A DNA stretch of 42,370 nt from contig NC_069005.1 in NCBI RefSeq assembly GCF_001194135.2, forward strand, positions 25,809,309-25,851,678, written 5' to 3'. Both the position numbers and the translations under genes were made by a program. This stretch comes from Octopus bimaculoides. Its lineage: Eukaryota. Below the pieces are notes generated by a model that was given only the letters and a program-made list of their open reading frames with translations, had not been told where the DNA came from and made no database searches. Shown one piece after another: positions 21,850 through 33,030 of the stretch (positions within the stretch are counted from its first letter, which is position 1; each line of letters starts with the position of its first letter).

Positions 21850-21987
21850 AAAAGGGCTTAGTGACCCTACATAAAAGAGCTGAGTGACCCTACATAAAAG
21901 GGCTGAGTGACCCTACATAAAAGGGCTGAGTGACCCTACATAAAAGGGCTGAGTGACCCTACATAAAAGGGCTGAGTGACCTTACAT
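21850..21987. repeat. 23-bp tandem repeat, 6 copies
   Basis: AAAAGGGCTGAGTGACCCTACAT at 21850, 21873, 21896, 21919, 21942 and 21965; no spacers. Confidence 0.95.
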
Positions 21988-22342
21988 GACTGTAGACTTG
22001 CAAGCTATTTCACGGATTGAGATACATCAAAGATTGAGGCATCATGATATGCAGGATGTGTGATAGGGACATGGGTGACAGGGAACTCAACATTCAGAGG
22101 TAGGTGTGTATATTCAAGCCACAGAGCCAAGAGGGTTAGGGAACGACAGTGTGGGAGAAAGCAGACAATACAAAGTGGGGTGAAGACAGGCAGTACAAGC
22201 AGTGTAATAGGGCATGGTGACATCAGAGTATACTGGTCACAAATGGTTCATTGTAGCTTCCTTTACAAGGCTTTGACGTGTGCTGCAGATGCTGAGTCAT
22301 GAAGGCAATGGTAGCAGTGAAGGGAAAGTGGTTGGGTTATGC

Positions 22343-23172
22343 CAGGGGTTCTCAAACTGTGGTCCGCGGACCACAGGGGGTCCACAAGGACAAGACAGGG
22401 TGTCCGTGGACAGCAAATACGTTTTATGGGCAATTTGATTTCATATATGTTTTTTAATCGAAATCTTTTAATTGACAATCATCATCATCGTTTAACGTCC
22501 NNNNNNNNNNNNNNNNNNNNNNNNNNNNNNNNNNNNNNNNNNNNNNNNNNNNNNNNNNNNNNNNNNNNNNNNNNNNNNNNNNNNNNNNNNNNNNNNNNNN
22601 NNNNNNNNNNNNNNNNNNNNNNNNNNNNNNNNNNNNNNNNNNNNNNNNNNNNNNNNNNNNNNNNNNNNNNNNNNNNNNNNNNNNNNNNNNNNNNNNNNNN
22701 NNNNNNNNNNNNNNNNNNNNNNNNNNNNNNNNNNNNNNNNNNNNNNNNNNNNNNNNNNNNNNNNNNNNNNNNNNNNNNNNNNNNNNNNNNNNNNNNNNNN
22801 NNNNNNNNNNNNNNNNNNNNNNNNNNNNNNNNNNNNNNNNNNNNNNNNNNNNNNNNNNNNNNNNNNNNNNNNNNNNNNNNNNNNNNNNNCCTAACGCCAA
22901 CCACTCAGAGAGTGTAGTGGGTGCTTTTACGTGTCACCCGCACGAAAACGGCCACGCTCGAAATGGTGTCTTTTATGTGCCACCCGCACAAGCCAGTCCA
23001 GGGGCACTGGCAACGATCTTATTTGTTAAATACTGTTAAATAAATAAATGTAAAAATATGTTATTTTAAGCAAATATTTATGTATAAATTTCATAAGCAT
23101 TTATAAGGGGGTTCCTAAGGTAAAGCCTGAAATATAAAGGGGTCCGCAAGTCAAAAAGTTTGAAAACCCCTG
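22343..23172. mobile_element. hAT (Charlie-like) MITE containing a family A insertion (22478-23018, partly gapped)
   Basis: TIR CAGGGGTTCTCAAAC / GTTTGAAAACCCCTG; perfect 8-bp TSD GGTTATGC. Confidence 0.9.
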
Positions 23173-23734
23173 GGTTATGCAATAGTGAATGGCACAAAGG
23201 AAATGTTAAAGTCAGACGATCAAATCGGTGCAGTGGCATCCTTAATTACACTGCTAGTGTAGTACTGAGTTTCATCTATTACATGCATTTCAGTGTTTAA
23301 CAGATGATGTCAGACTATGGATGCACTTCGTAAGGGCAGCATGCATAAGCAAACACATCTTCAGACAGATAAATGAGAAACCCCCGTGGCTAGAATGCTT
23401 TAAAACTGTAGAGGTAAAAATAAATATAAGTCTATATTCATATATAAAGATATATACAATTATAATGAAAGGTACTGGGAAGCAACCTCCATGGTTAACG
23501 AAAGATGGTTAATGAAGATTCAGCTAATGAGAAGGTTTTCTATGACTCAGGCTTTGAATTCAAATTCTTAATGAAAATGGATAGTAAAAGAGTCATGGGA
23601 ATCTGCAAAAACAACAAAGAAAAAAGAAAAATATATATTCACACATACATACACCTGCACATGCACACACACACACACATACACCTACATACATCTGCAC
23701 ATACACATAAATACATGCACATATATAAACATGA

Positions 23735-23987
23735 CTGGCTCCCATGCTAGTGACACGTAAAAAGTACTATCCGAACATGATCGATGCCAGGCTCGCCAGA
23801 CTGGCTCCTGTGCCGGTGGCACGTAAAAAGCATCCACTACACTCTCGGAGTGGTGGGCGTTAGGAAGAGAATCCAGCTGTAGAAACATGGCCAGATCAGA
23901 TTGGAGCCTGGTGCAGCTTCCTGGCTTTCCAGAACTCAGTCAAACCCATGCCAGCACGGAAAACGGATGTTAAACAATGACGATGAT
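23735..23987 (+). mobile_element. Family A copy, sense on the plus strand
   Basis: Ends CATGCCAGCACGGAAAACGGATGTTAAACAATGACGATGATG. Confidence 0.85.
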
Positions 23988-24021
23988 GCACACAAACATG
24001 CACCAACATATACATATATAA

Positions 24022-24090
<69 letters not shown>

Positions 24091-24130
24091 TATTTCTTAT
24101 GCATCACATGCCTGAGAACCAGTAACTTAC

Positions 24131-24209
24131 CACGAGCACAGCCAATGAGAAACTCCTCACTGCACGACAGTCTTTTACACACTAGATGTGTGCATTTGCG
24201 GTTGAATAC
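24131..24209 (-). CDS. SLF1: SLF1 coding exon 2: VFNRKCTHLVCKRLSCSEEFLIGCAR-G
   Basis: Acceptor tctctttctcttccactag|GTA, donor G|gtaagt, 79 nt, phase 0 to 1. CTHL motif of BRCT1. Confidence 0.92.
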
Positions 24210-24713
24210 CTAGTGGAAGAGAAAGAGAGACTCAGGTAAGAATTCTTTGAGAAAGCAAAGCAATTAGATCATCATCATCACAATCATTAATATCATCGTC
24301 ATTATCATCATCAACATTAACATCAAGGTCACAATGACCCGGTGTGAGAACTTTCAAATGGTTATACTCGAGTACTATCAGTGGTCATGTTCAGAATGCA
24401 AGAAACAGCAACCAAATGTCCCTCAAATCACACCCTGCCATTTTGAAAAAGGAATGGCACATTGTGTTACGTAGACAGGATGGTCATGGCTAGAACATTT
24501 TTGAACATGAGCCAAGGTGAGATCCTGAAACTAAGGTGTCACACGAAAAGCATTGGAGTGGGTTTTGGCGCCGTGTAAAAAGCAGTAGTGACAGTGTGGC
24601 ATAAAAAGCATGCAATAGAATTTGTAAAGAGATTGGCATTAGGAAGGGCATCTAGCTGTAGAAGCCAATCCAAAATAGACTATAGAACTTGGTGTGACCT
24701 CTGGCCTTGCCAG

Positions 24714-24947
24714 TTTCTTATTTCTTTATTGCCCACAAGGGGCTAAATGTAGAGGGGACAAACAAGGACAGACAAAGGGATTAAGTCAATTACATCGACC
24801 TCAGTGCGTAACTGGTACTTAATTTATCGACCCCGAAAACATGAAAGGCAAATTCGACCTCGGCGGAATTTGAACTCAGAACATAACGGCAGATGAAATA
24901 CCGCTAAGCATTTCGCCCGGCGTGCTAACAATTCTGCCAGCTCACCG
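24714..24947 (-). mobile_element. SINE family D (Deu/Nin-like core) nested in an old family A copy (24530-25045)
   Basis: B-box GAGTTCAAATTCC and core TTTGCCTTTCATGTTTTCGGGGTCGATAAATTAAGTACCAG. Imperfect TSD CT(C/T)TGGC(C/T)TTGCCAGT. Confidence 0.85.
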
Positions 24948-25569
24948 TCTTTGGCTTTGCCAGTCTCTGTCAAGCCGTTCGACCCATGCTAGTACCAACA
25001 TGGAAAACAGATGTTAAATGATGATGATGATGATGATGATGATGTATTCAATGATACCATTCAACATACAGCTAAGCAACAATGTATTAAAAATTATTAA
25101 TTATATCAACAATTATATTAACATTGCAATAAAAATATTTCAAAACAGATCAAACATCATTAGTATAATAAATGCTGAAGAGGTAATTAAGTGTTTCCTG
25201 CTGTCACATTGGACATGTGACAGCTGCACTAACAAAAGGGCTGATACTATTTTATGAACCAAGGCGAGTGAAAAGCAACACAAACATGGCCAGGATTGAA
25301 AATCAGAGCAGAAGGAGCGCGACAAAATACTGCAACCTATCCTGCCTAACATTTTAATGACTCTATTGATTAAACACCTCACTCACACAAGCACGCACGT
25401 TTATTCCAATGTATCAATAACCTGTCGTGTATGTTATGTGATGTTAACTAAATTTACATTGATAATACTGAAAAATATAAATATTTTCTATCTTCAAGCA
25501 TTTACTAACCTTATTATACTTGGATTATATTAATTGTTGTATGTCTGAAATAGCTATCTACTCCCATTA

Positions 25570-25745
25570 TCAACATCATTTTACATCCATTTTCCATGTT
25601 GGCATGAGTTGGACAGATTGGTGGGAGCTGGCTAGTTGAAGAGCTGCCCCGATCCCATGTCTGTTTTGGTATGGTTTCTCCAGCTGAATGTCCTTCCTAA
25701 TGCCAACCACTCTACAGAGTGTACTGGGTGCTTTTCTGCAGCACC
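25570..25745 (-). mobile_element. Old family A copy
   Basis: TTTCCATGTTGGCATGAGTTGGAC...CCTTCCTAATGCCAACC. Confidence 0.75.
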
Positions 25746-25871
25746 GACAAAATAAATTAAAGAAATGTAACAAGTTCCTGCAAGTTTTGAACTCATGACC
25801 ATTTGCATGTTAAGCAGACATGATAACCACTACACTATGATATATATATACAAAGAAGTACCAATCACTTA

Positions 25872-26170
25872 CAGTAGAGGAAAGTTGTGGCAGTGGAAGA
25901 CATGGATGAAGTAGTGAAGATAAAAGGCTTATCTCAAAATGCTGAGCCTTACAAAGGTGATGACAAACAGGACCAAGATATGTGGTGCATTGCTGTACTT
26001 GAGAAGTATCTGCCCACCACAACAGAATTGAGATCCTAAAACCAAGGTGCTACGCAAAAAGCATTGTTGTGGGTGTTGGTGCCATATAAGAAGCATCCAG
26101 TATATTCTGTAAAATGGTTGGCATTCAGAAGGGCACCTAGCCATAGAACCCGAGCCAAAAACAGACTATA
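25872..26170 (+). mobile_element. RTE ORF C-terminus plus 3'-UTR fragment
   Basis: VE.SCG.GR...DEVVK...DDKQDQDMWCIAVLEK, then GGTTGGCATTCAGAAGGGCA. Confidence 0.7.
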
Positions 26171-26468
26171 ACGTGCAAGTGGCTGAGCACTCCACAGACA
26201 CGTGTACCCTTAACGTACTTCTCGGGGATATTCAGCGTGACACAGTGTGACAAGGCTGACCCTTTGAAGTACAGGTACAACAGAAACAGGAAGTAAGAGT
26301 GAGAGAAAGTTGTGGTGAAAGAGTACAGCAGGGTTTGCCACCCATCCCCTGCTGGAGCCTCGTGGAGCTTTTAGGTGTTTTCGCTCACAACGCTCGGTGT
26401 GGGAATCGAAAGCACGATCCTATGACCGTGAGTCCGCTGCCCTAACCACTGGGCCATTGCGCCTCCAC
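26170..26468 (-). mobile_element. SINE B lacking its 3' ~80 nt
   Basis: Reverse complement of the 1137-1442 region; breaks at GCCACTTGCACGTT. Confidence 0.9.
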
Positions 26469-26798
26469 TGTAGGAAGGATATCCAACCATAAACCAGACA
26501 TCAAAATGGTATGTACAAACAGGACATAGTCCCCCAATCTGAAAGGAAGGCAGTAACTCTCAATAAGAACCGACCCCGATCATAATGGTAGGCCCAACCC
26601 ATGTTAGCATAGAAAGCAAACATATATGATTATGATAATGATAGTCTTAGCAGCAAAACCCATTGAGACCTAAATTTACTCCACTGACAAAACCATAAAA
26701 GGATATAATTAAAAATTAATTGCAATTAATTCGGCAAAGCTAAATACACAGATGTCCTTTGTTAATGAGTGAGCTACTCAAAAATAAAACAATCATAT

Positions 26799-26975
26799 GT
26801 GCAGGCATGGCTGTGTGGTAAGAAGTTTGCTTCCCAACATGGTTCCAGGTTCACTCAATTACATGGCTGGCACCTTGGGCAAGTGTCTTCTACTATAACC
26901 TCAGATCAACCAAAGTCTCATGGGTGGATTTGGTAGACAAACTGAAAGAAGTCCATCATATATATATATATATAT
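26799..26975 (+). mobile_element. SINE family C head and core
   Basis: GGCATGGCTGTGTGGTAAG...GGTTCACTC...CACCTTGGGCAAGTGTC. Confidence 0.82.
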
Positions 26976-26978
26976 AAA

Positions 26979-27612
26979 ATATGGAAATATGCTGTGCGTG
27001 AGAAAACCCCTTTGGAAATATGCTGTGCATGAGAAGACTCGGCAAGCCAAGTGAGACCTAAACCGACGGCCTCAGGCAGCCCACTTATACGTACCTTCCT
27101 TCATTGGACACTAAACTCCGCTTGCGAAGACCTGTTGAGGCAAGTGAAATCGAAATCGAATTAAATTCGACCACTGGCACCCATGCCAACATCGTCTCCT
27201 TCATTGGACACGAAACTCAACTTGCAAAGACCTGTTGAGGCAAGCGAAAGTGAAATTGTGATGGCACCTGTGCCTTTCTGGCACTTATGCCAGATGGCAC
27301 GTGTAAAGACATTCGAGCGAGATCGTTGCCAGTGCCGCTGAACTGGCTCCTGTGCAGGTGGCACATAAAATGCACCACTTCAAGCGTGGCCGTCGCCAGT
27401 ACCGCCTGACTGGCCCTCGTGCCAGTGATACGTAAAAGCACCCACTACACTCTCGGAGTGGTTGGCGTTAGGAAGGGCATCCAGCTGTAGAAACCGCCAA
27501 ATCAGACTGGAGCCTGGTGCAGCCTTCTGGCTTGCCAGTCCTCAGTCAAATCGTCCAACCCATGCTAGCATGGAAAGCAGACGTTAAACGACAATGATGA
27601 TGATGATGATGA
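26979..27612 (+). mobile_element. 5'-truncated RTE LINE: ORF end, full family A 3' UTR and (GAT)n tail
   Basis: LWKYAVHEKTRQAK* directly precedes the family A sequence, identifying family A as an RTE 3' end. Confidence 0.88.
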
Positions 27613-28253
27613 GAATTGCTGAACCATGGAATAAACTACCTGAATCAGTTGTTAACTGTCAAGACACTACATCCTTCAAAACTTGCAAGCTTCCTGAAAT
27701 TCAGCAACAGAACACCTGATGCCGCCCACCACTCCTGTTTCTTTTTCTTTTTTTTTAAAGACTCATTCACTGTTCACTTCCTGTGCATATTCTGTGTACT
27801 GTGCATGCAGCTTTGGTTATTTTTTCTGATGAGTTATACTGCACCAGAGCACTGTATACAATAATTTCTTATAAGAGTTCAAACTGACTTCAATAACTCC
27901 ACACATTTATCTTCCCACAAGGTCTTCCACTCATTGCTCTTTTGCATGAGATCCATTACAAAATGGATATTCGGTTTCTCTGTAAGGAGAAGGGACAGAC
28001 CCAAAACATCAGGTTTCTCTTCTCCTTGTCATACATGCTTCTATCTAGCATAGGCCAGCATCCTCCAACCACTTTTATGCCACATACCAGGTTCATGGAG
28101 GACAATTTTGTCAGGGATCATGGTATCACACATAGCAAAACAATAAAATGCATAATATAAAAAGGGTAAAGACCCCTTTTGGTCATGAATGACCATGGGA
28201 CTGCACCTAGAGAGTTACCCTCTGAGGCACAAATATATATATATATATATATG

Positions 28254-28628
28254 TACTCTTTTTTACTCTTTTACTTGTTTCAGTCATTTGACTGCAGCCA
28301 TGCTGGAGCACCGCCTTTAGTCGAGCAAATCAATCCCAGGACTTATTCTTTGGAAGCCTAGTACTTATTCTATTGGTCTCTCTTGCTGAACCTCTAGGAT
28401 ACGGGGACGTAAACACACCAACATTGGTTGTCAAGCACAAACACACACATATATATATACATATATATGACGGTCTTCTTTCAGTTTCCGTCTACCAAAT
28501 CCACTCACAAGGCTTTGGTCGACCCAAGGCTATAGTTGAAGACACTTGCCCAAGGTGCTACACAGTGTGACTAAACCTGGAACCATGTGGTTGGTAAGCA
28601 AGCTACTTACCACACAGCCACTCCTGCG

Positions 28629-28631
<3 letters not shown>
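28254..28631 (-). mobile_element. Full-length SINE family C
   Basis: Head AGGCGCAGGAGTGGCTGTGTGGTAAG through tail (AAGAGTAA)n. Confidence 0.9.
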
Positions 28632-28679
<48 letters not shown>

Positions 28680-29023
28680 GAGCCAACATCATTAGCTAGA
28701 GAAAAAATAAAAGACCTGGAGATGATACCTCAGCATGACTCCAGACCAATAATTGAAATAGGTAAAACAACATAAAAATGTGCTGTAAATCAGCTTAAAG
28801 GCATGAGACAACAGAAGCTATTCGTTCAAACCTTATTACAACAAAGTCTGATCAATTTATTTAACACATACACACTTCTCACCATTCAACAACAAGCCAA
28901 TTCTTTCTCTAGTCGGCATGAACAAGCTTCTTTGTAGTTATTCAACCTGCTAGAAATAGCAGCCAAATCACCTTCCTATTATATGCTGCCTGACAAAAAA
29001 AAGGAACATATCGTGTACCTTAA

Positions 29024-29268
29024 CTCTTTAGCATTCAAACTGCTTTACCAAATGTAATGCTTATTTATTCTTTTATATGTGGCAATGTTGGGGCACCATT
29101 ATTTTAGATTAATTATGCATTGTTATAACTTCAAAATTTCAGAGATGTGATTGCTTCTTTCTGAAATGACATTGTAGGGTAGGCGTGAGAGGCCACACAT
29201 ATTACTAGTTTGAATATAGAACAGGTATGATATTTGGGTCAGATATGGCTGGTTTGAATGCTAAAAGA
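29024..29268. mobile_element. piggyBac-like MITE PB1, opposite orientation
   Basis: TTAA|CTCTTTAGCATTC...GAATGCTAAAAGA|TTAA. Confidence 0.7.
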
Positions 29269-29344
29269 TTAAAAAAGATTGGTCTATTTTTGGCCACAGG
29301 TCTGTTCAATCAAGGATGACCTGAAGCTAAACAACACTAAATGA

Positions 29345-29556
29345 ATCATCATTATCATCATCATCGTTTAACGTCCGCTTTCCATGCTAGCATGGGTTGG
29401 ACGATTTGACTGAGGACTGGTGAAACCGGATGGCAACACCAGGCTCCAATCTAATTTGGCAGAGTTTCTACAGCTGGATGCCCTTCCTAACGCCAACCAC
29501 TCAGAGAGTGTAGTGGGTGCTTTTACGTGTCACCCGCATGAAGGCCAGTCAGGTGG
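29345..29556 (-). mobile_element. Young family A copy
   Basis: Near-identical to 5971-6186. Confidence 0.9.
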
Positions 29557-29874
29557 CAATGAGTAGTGTCATGAATATAAATAGCTGAAATGGGATTTTT
29601 CCAAAAAAATCTCTTGAATAATGTTACTTGACAGGTTGTGTAGCTAGCTCAGAGAGTCTCTCTCCAGATCAAGCCACTGCTTGTCTGCATTGAGAGGTCA
29701 CAACTTTGATACTACAAACAGGTGGTTAGAATGTTGCAGGAAAGACTGGCAAGATAGAATCTTCAGGCCAGGCCAACCAGCGGGAGACCTATGGGATAGA
29801 CTAAAAACAAGATTATTGGGTAAGGTCCGTAGTCTCAGTTGGTCATATTTTGGGGGTACAGCTGGAATATTTAA

Positions 29875-30165
29875 CCCATTACCTCCCATAATTCTATTAA
29901 CTGGAATTTTTTTAATGAAACTTTGATTTTTAGCATAAAACAGCCTTAGAAACACGCTGGGATGATCAAAATAACATTTCAAAATAACATTTTAAATAGA
30001 AATAAGCGAGATATTGGGTGAAAAATTAGCAAACCTCATTTGAATATCAGAGAAATATACCTAGTAGATATAGCAAAAGGGTTAGATATGTGTAAATATT
30101 GACAGATAATTACGAAATTTGTAATTTTTAAGTGATCTCATATGAGATCACTGGTAGGTAATGGG
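29875..30165. mobile_element. piggyBac-like MITE (family PB2)
   Basis: TTAA|CCCATTACCT...AGGTAATGGG|TTAA. Confidence 0.8.
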
Positions 30166-31186
30166 TTAATGGTGATTCTGGTAGGAACCCTGTGGAGGAG
30201 GTGCCTATGGACTCTATACCTATAACCTTTCCAAGAACACTGGGCAGAAAAGGAAGATGGATGGATGGATGGAGGAGACAAATAGTCTACCTCAAATCAC
30301 AACCTACAGTCCTCAAAAAAAAAAGGCAAGGATGCATTACATAACTTAGTCTTAGATACACCAAAAGAAACAGTCAAGATAATCACAGTGGAAACACCAT
30401 TGATCCTAAAATCAGTTTGATCTGCGTTCACTTAGAGAAAGAAGGGCAGCAACCCCAATAAGCAGGATCTCTGAAACTAGTTGAGAAAAAAAGTGCAAGA
30501 CACCCGAAACGTGGCCCAAGTGCTTCCAAAAGGTTGGATCCTATACAAGATACTCAAGAGCCAGATGGTGGCATTAAACCATGTGATAGGCGAGGTTTGA
30601 ATAAGATCCATTGCCTGAGTGGACCCTGCAAAAGTCACCCACAGGCCCAAGTGGTGTTAAACCATGCAATCGATTAGGTCTAAATTAGATCTACTGTCCT
30701 TGTCCCTATGAAAAATACCCAAGAGTCAAGTGGTGGTGGTGGTGGTGGTGGTGGTGGTATTAAACTGTTAGCCTTCTACAGTTTCTGTCCACACAATTTC
30801 ACTCACAAGTCACTGTTCAATAGAAGGTTACGGTTAAAAATGCTTGCCAAAGCTCTGTGCAGTCAGTATGAACCCAGAACCAAGGGATTGTGAAGCNNNN
30901 NNNNNNNNNNNNNNNNNNNNNNNNNNNNNNNNNNNNNNNNNNNNNNNNNNNNNNNNNNNNNNNNNNNNNNNNNNNNNNNNNNNNNNNNNNNNNNNNNNNN
31001 NNNNNNNNNNNNNNNNNNNNNNNNNNNNNNNNNNNNNNNNNNNNNNNNNNNNNNNNNNNNNNNNNNNNNNNNNNNNNNNNNNNNNNNNNNNNNNNNNNNG
31101 GCTTACGTGACTAGATATAAAACTAAACCCCCCCCCCCATACACGTTAATAAACAAAAAATACACCTCAGAGAAGAACATACTTAC

Positions 31187-31297
31187 CTCCATCACTAAAC
31201 ATTCTCCTTTCAATTGTTGAACGAGAGATGCCAGCCTAGCAGTCTCAGACTCAGAGAAATTGGACAAGAGGATCACGGGAAAGTTCATTCTAATCAT
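31187..31297 (-). CDS. SLF1: SLF1 coding exon 1 (BRCT1 N-part): MIRMNFPVILLSNFSESETARLASLVQQLKGECLVME
   Basis: Acceptor tttgttctttcag|ATG, donor GAG|gtaagt, 111 nt, phase 0. Resembles the BRCT beta1-alpha1 start of SLF1 as recalled. Start may be the first ATG or the ATG at 31288. Confidence 0.85.
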
Positions 31298-31369
31298 CTG
31301 AAAGAACAAACAGTGGTTGTAAATGAATTAATGATTTAAATATCAAATAACAGAGTTGCACAGCTACTA

Positions 31370-31379
31370 CTACTACTAC

Positions 31380-31428
<49 letters not shown>

Positions 31429-31445
31429 ACTACCACCACCACTTT
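31370..31445. repeat. Compound (TAC)n(AAT)n(CAC)n microsatellite near the exon 1 acceptor
   Basis: Read directly from the sequence. Confidence 0.95.
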
Positions 31446-31651
31446 TACTGCAATTACTATTACTATTATTAACGTTATTATGATATCACTGTAAATACCA
31501 CTTTCATCATTATTATTTTTCATATATTTTGAAGTAGGGCACGTTAGTTACTCACATACTCAACAAGATAGTACAAGGATGTATGAAACATAATGACTGG
31601 CAGAACATTATCACTGTCGACGACTAAAAAGACAAAGGAGATGCTTTAGAT

Positions 31652-31941
31652 CAGGGGTTTTCAAACTGTGGTCCGCAGACCACAAGGGGGTCTGCAAGGA
31701 CAAGACGGGGTCCGTGGACAGCAAATACTTTTTATGGGCAATTTGATTTTATATATGTTTTTTAATCGAAATCTTTTAATTGACAATAAACCTATTTGTT
31801 AAATACTGTTAAATAAATAAATGTAAAAATATATGTTATTTTAAGCAAATATTTATGTATAAATTTCATATTTATGTATAAATTTCATATTTATGTATAA
31901 ATTTCATAAGGTCCACAAGTCAAAAAGTTTGAAAACCCCTG
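31652..31941. mobile_element. hAT MITE of the same family as 22343-23172, without the insertion
   Basis: Same TIRs; TSD CTTTAGAT / CTTTAGAG. Internal 19-bp triplication ATTTATGTATAAATTTCAT from 31851. Confidence 0.9.
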
Positions 31942-32489
31942 CTTTAGAGAGACCCAAATACAGAGTTCCAAAGTANNNNNNNNNNNNNNNNNNNNNNNNN
32001 NNNNNNNNNNNNNNNNNNNNNNNNNNNNNNNNNNNNNNNNNNNNNNNNNNNNNNNNNNNNNNNNNNNNNNNNNNNNNNNNNNNNNNNNNNNNNNNNNNNN
32101 NNNNNNNNNNNNNNNNNNNNNNNNNNNNNNNNNNNNNNNNNNNNNNNNNNNNNNNNNNNNNNNNNNNNNNNNNNNNNNNNNNNNNNNNNNNNNNNNNNNN
32201 NNNNNNNNNNNNNNNNNNNNNNNNNNNNNNNNNNNNNNNNNNNNNNNNNNNNNCCACTGACACTCATTGACGCTGCATCGAAGAGGCCAGGGAACAGAAG
32301 AAACTCGTGCACTCAACACCAGAGCTGAAGACACCTCCGAAAGTGGGGGGGCTCCCCACCACGTCAAAATGGTAGAGGAGTAGGGGCCGAAACCGGACGT
32401 GGTTCCTCCTGATGATGTCTCGAGCTAACTGGATCCTATAAAGGAGCTGTTGTGGTAGCAGACCACGAAACATGGTTGAAATTCCTTCT

Positions 32490-33030
32490 TAACATGTGTT
32501 GACCTGGAGAAAGCTTCTGATATGTTACACTTTGTAACCTGTTGGCCACAGAAGAAACACACAGGTGAAAAGCTGTGCAAGTCATAGTCAAGGATGCAGT
32601 GAGCAAGGTGAGAGTTAAAATTGAATTTAGCATACAAGCAGGGGATCCATCAGGGCTCAATTCTCAGTGTCCTATTTATTTATTGTAATTCTCCGGGTCA
32701 TAAAAGACTTTTGATAAGCTCTCAGTGGGAACTCTTGTATGTCAATAACCAAGTTCTTAAAGCCATGTCTATCAAAGAGATAAAGAAAAAAATTGATATA
32801 TGGCAGCAAAGCCTAGAATCACGAGGGCTCATGATAAATCTAGAAAAATACAGAAGTTTTAATTATCAGGAAATAAGCCAGGGGTCAACTGGAGGTTGGC
32901 CATACTCAGTATGCAGAAAAGGAGTTAAGTAGGAACTATGTATTATGTACCAATTCCAAACACATGATGCGACAGGATCACAGACAGTGAGTGAAAAGGG
33001 AGACACCATGTGAAGCAGATGTGAAGAAGT
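32490..33030 (+). mobile_element. RTE reverse-transcriptase remnant
   Basis: VDLEKA.D, G.HQGS.LS.LF, WELLY, W.QSLE.RGL..NL.K and GGWP.SVCRKGV. Confidence 0.85.

Noticed and set aside
21850-21987. CRISPR-like array (also considered for the 52-bp repeat at 10932)
   Set aside because: No unique spacers, and the context is a eukaryotic intron.
25873-26010. Minus-strand exon-like segment with ag and gtaagt sites
   Set aside because: It has no SLF1 similarity, exons 1 and 2 already join in phase, and the plus strand reads as an RTE C-terminus.
16764-26170. A 9.4-kb inversion splitting one SINE B into two halves
   Set aside because: SLF1 exon 2 lies inside the interval in the correct orientation, the outer flanks share no TSD, and the adjoining family A pieces are not contiguous.
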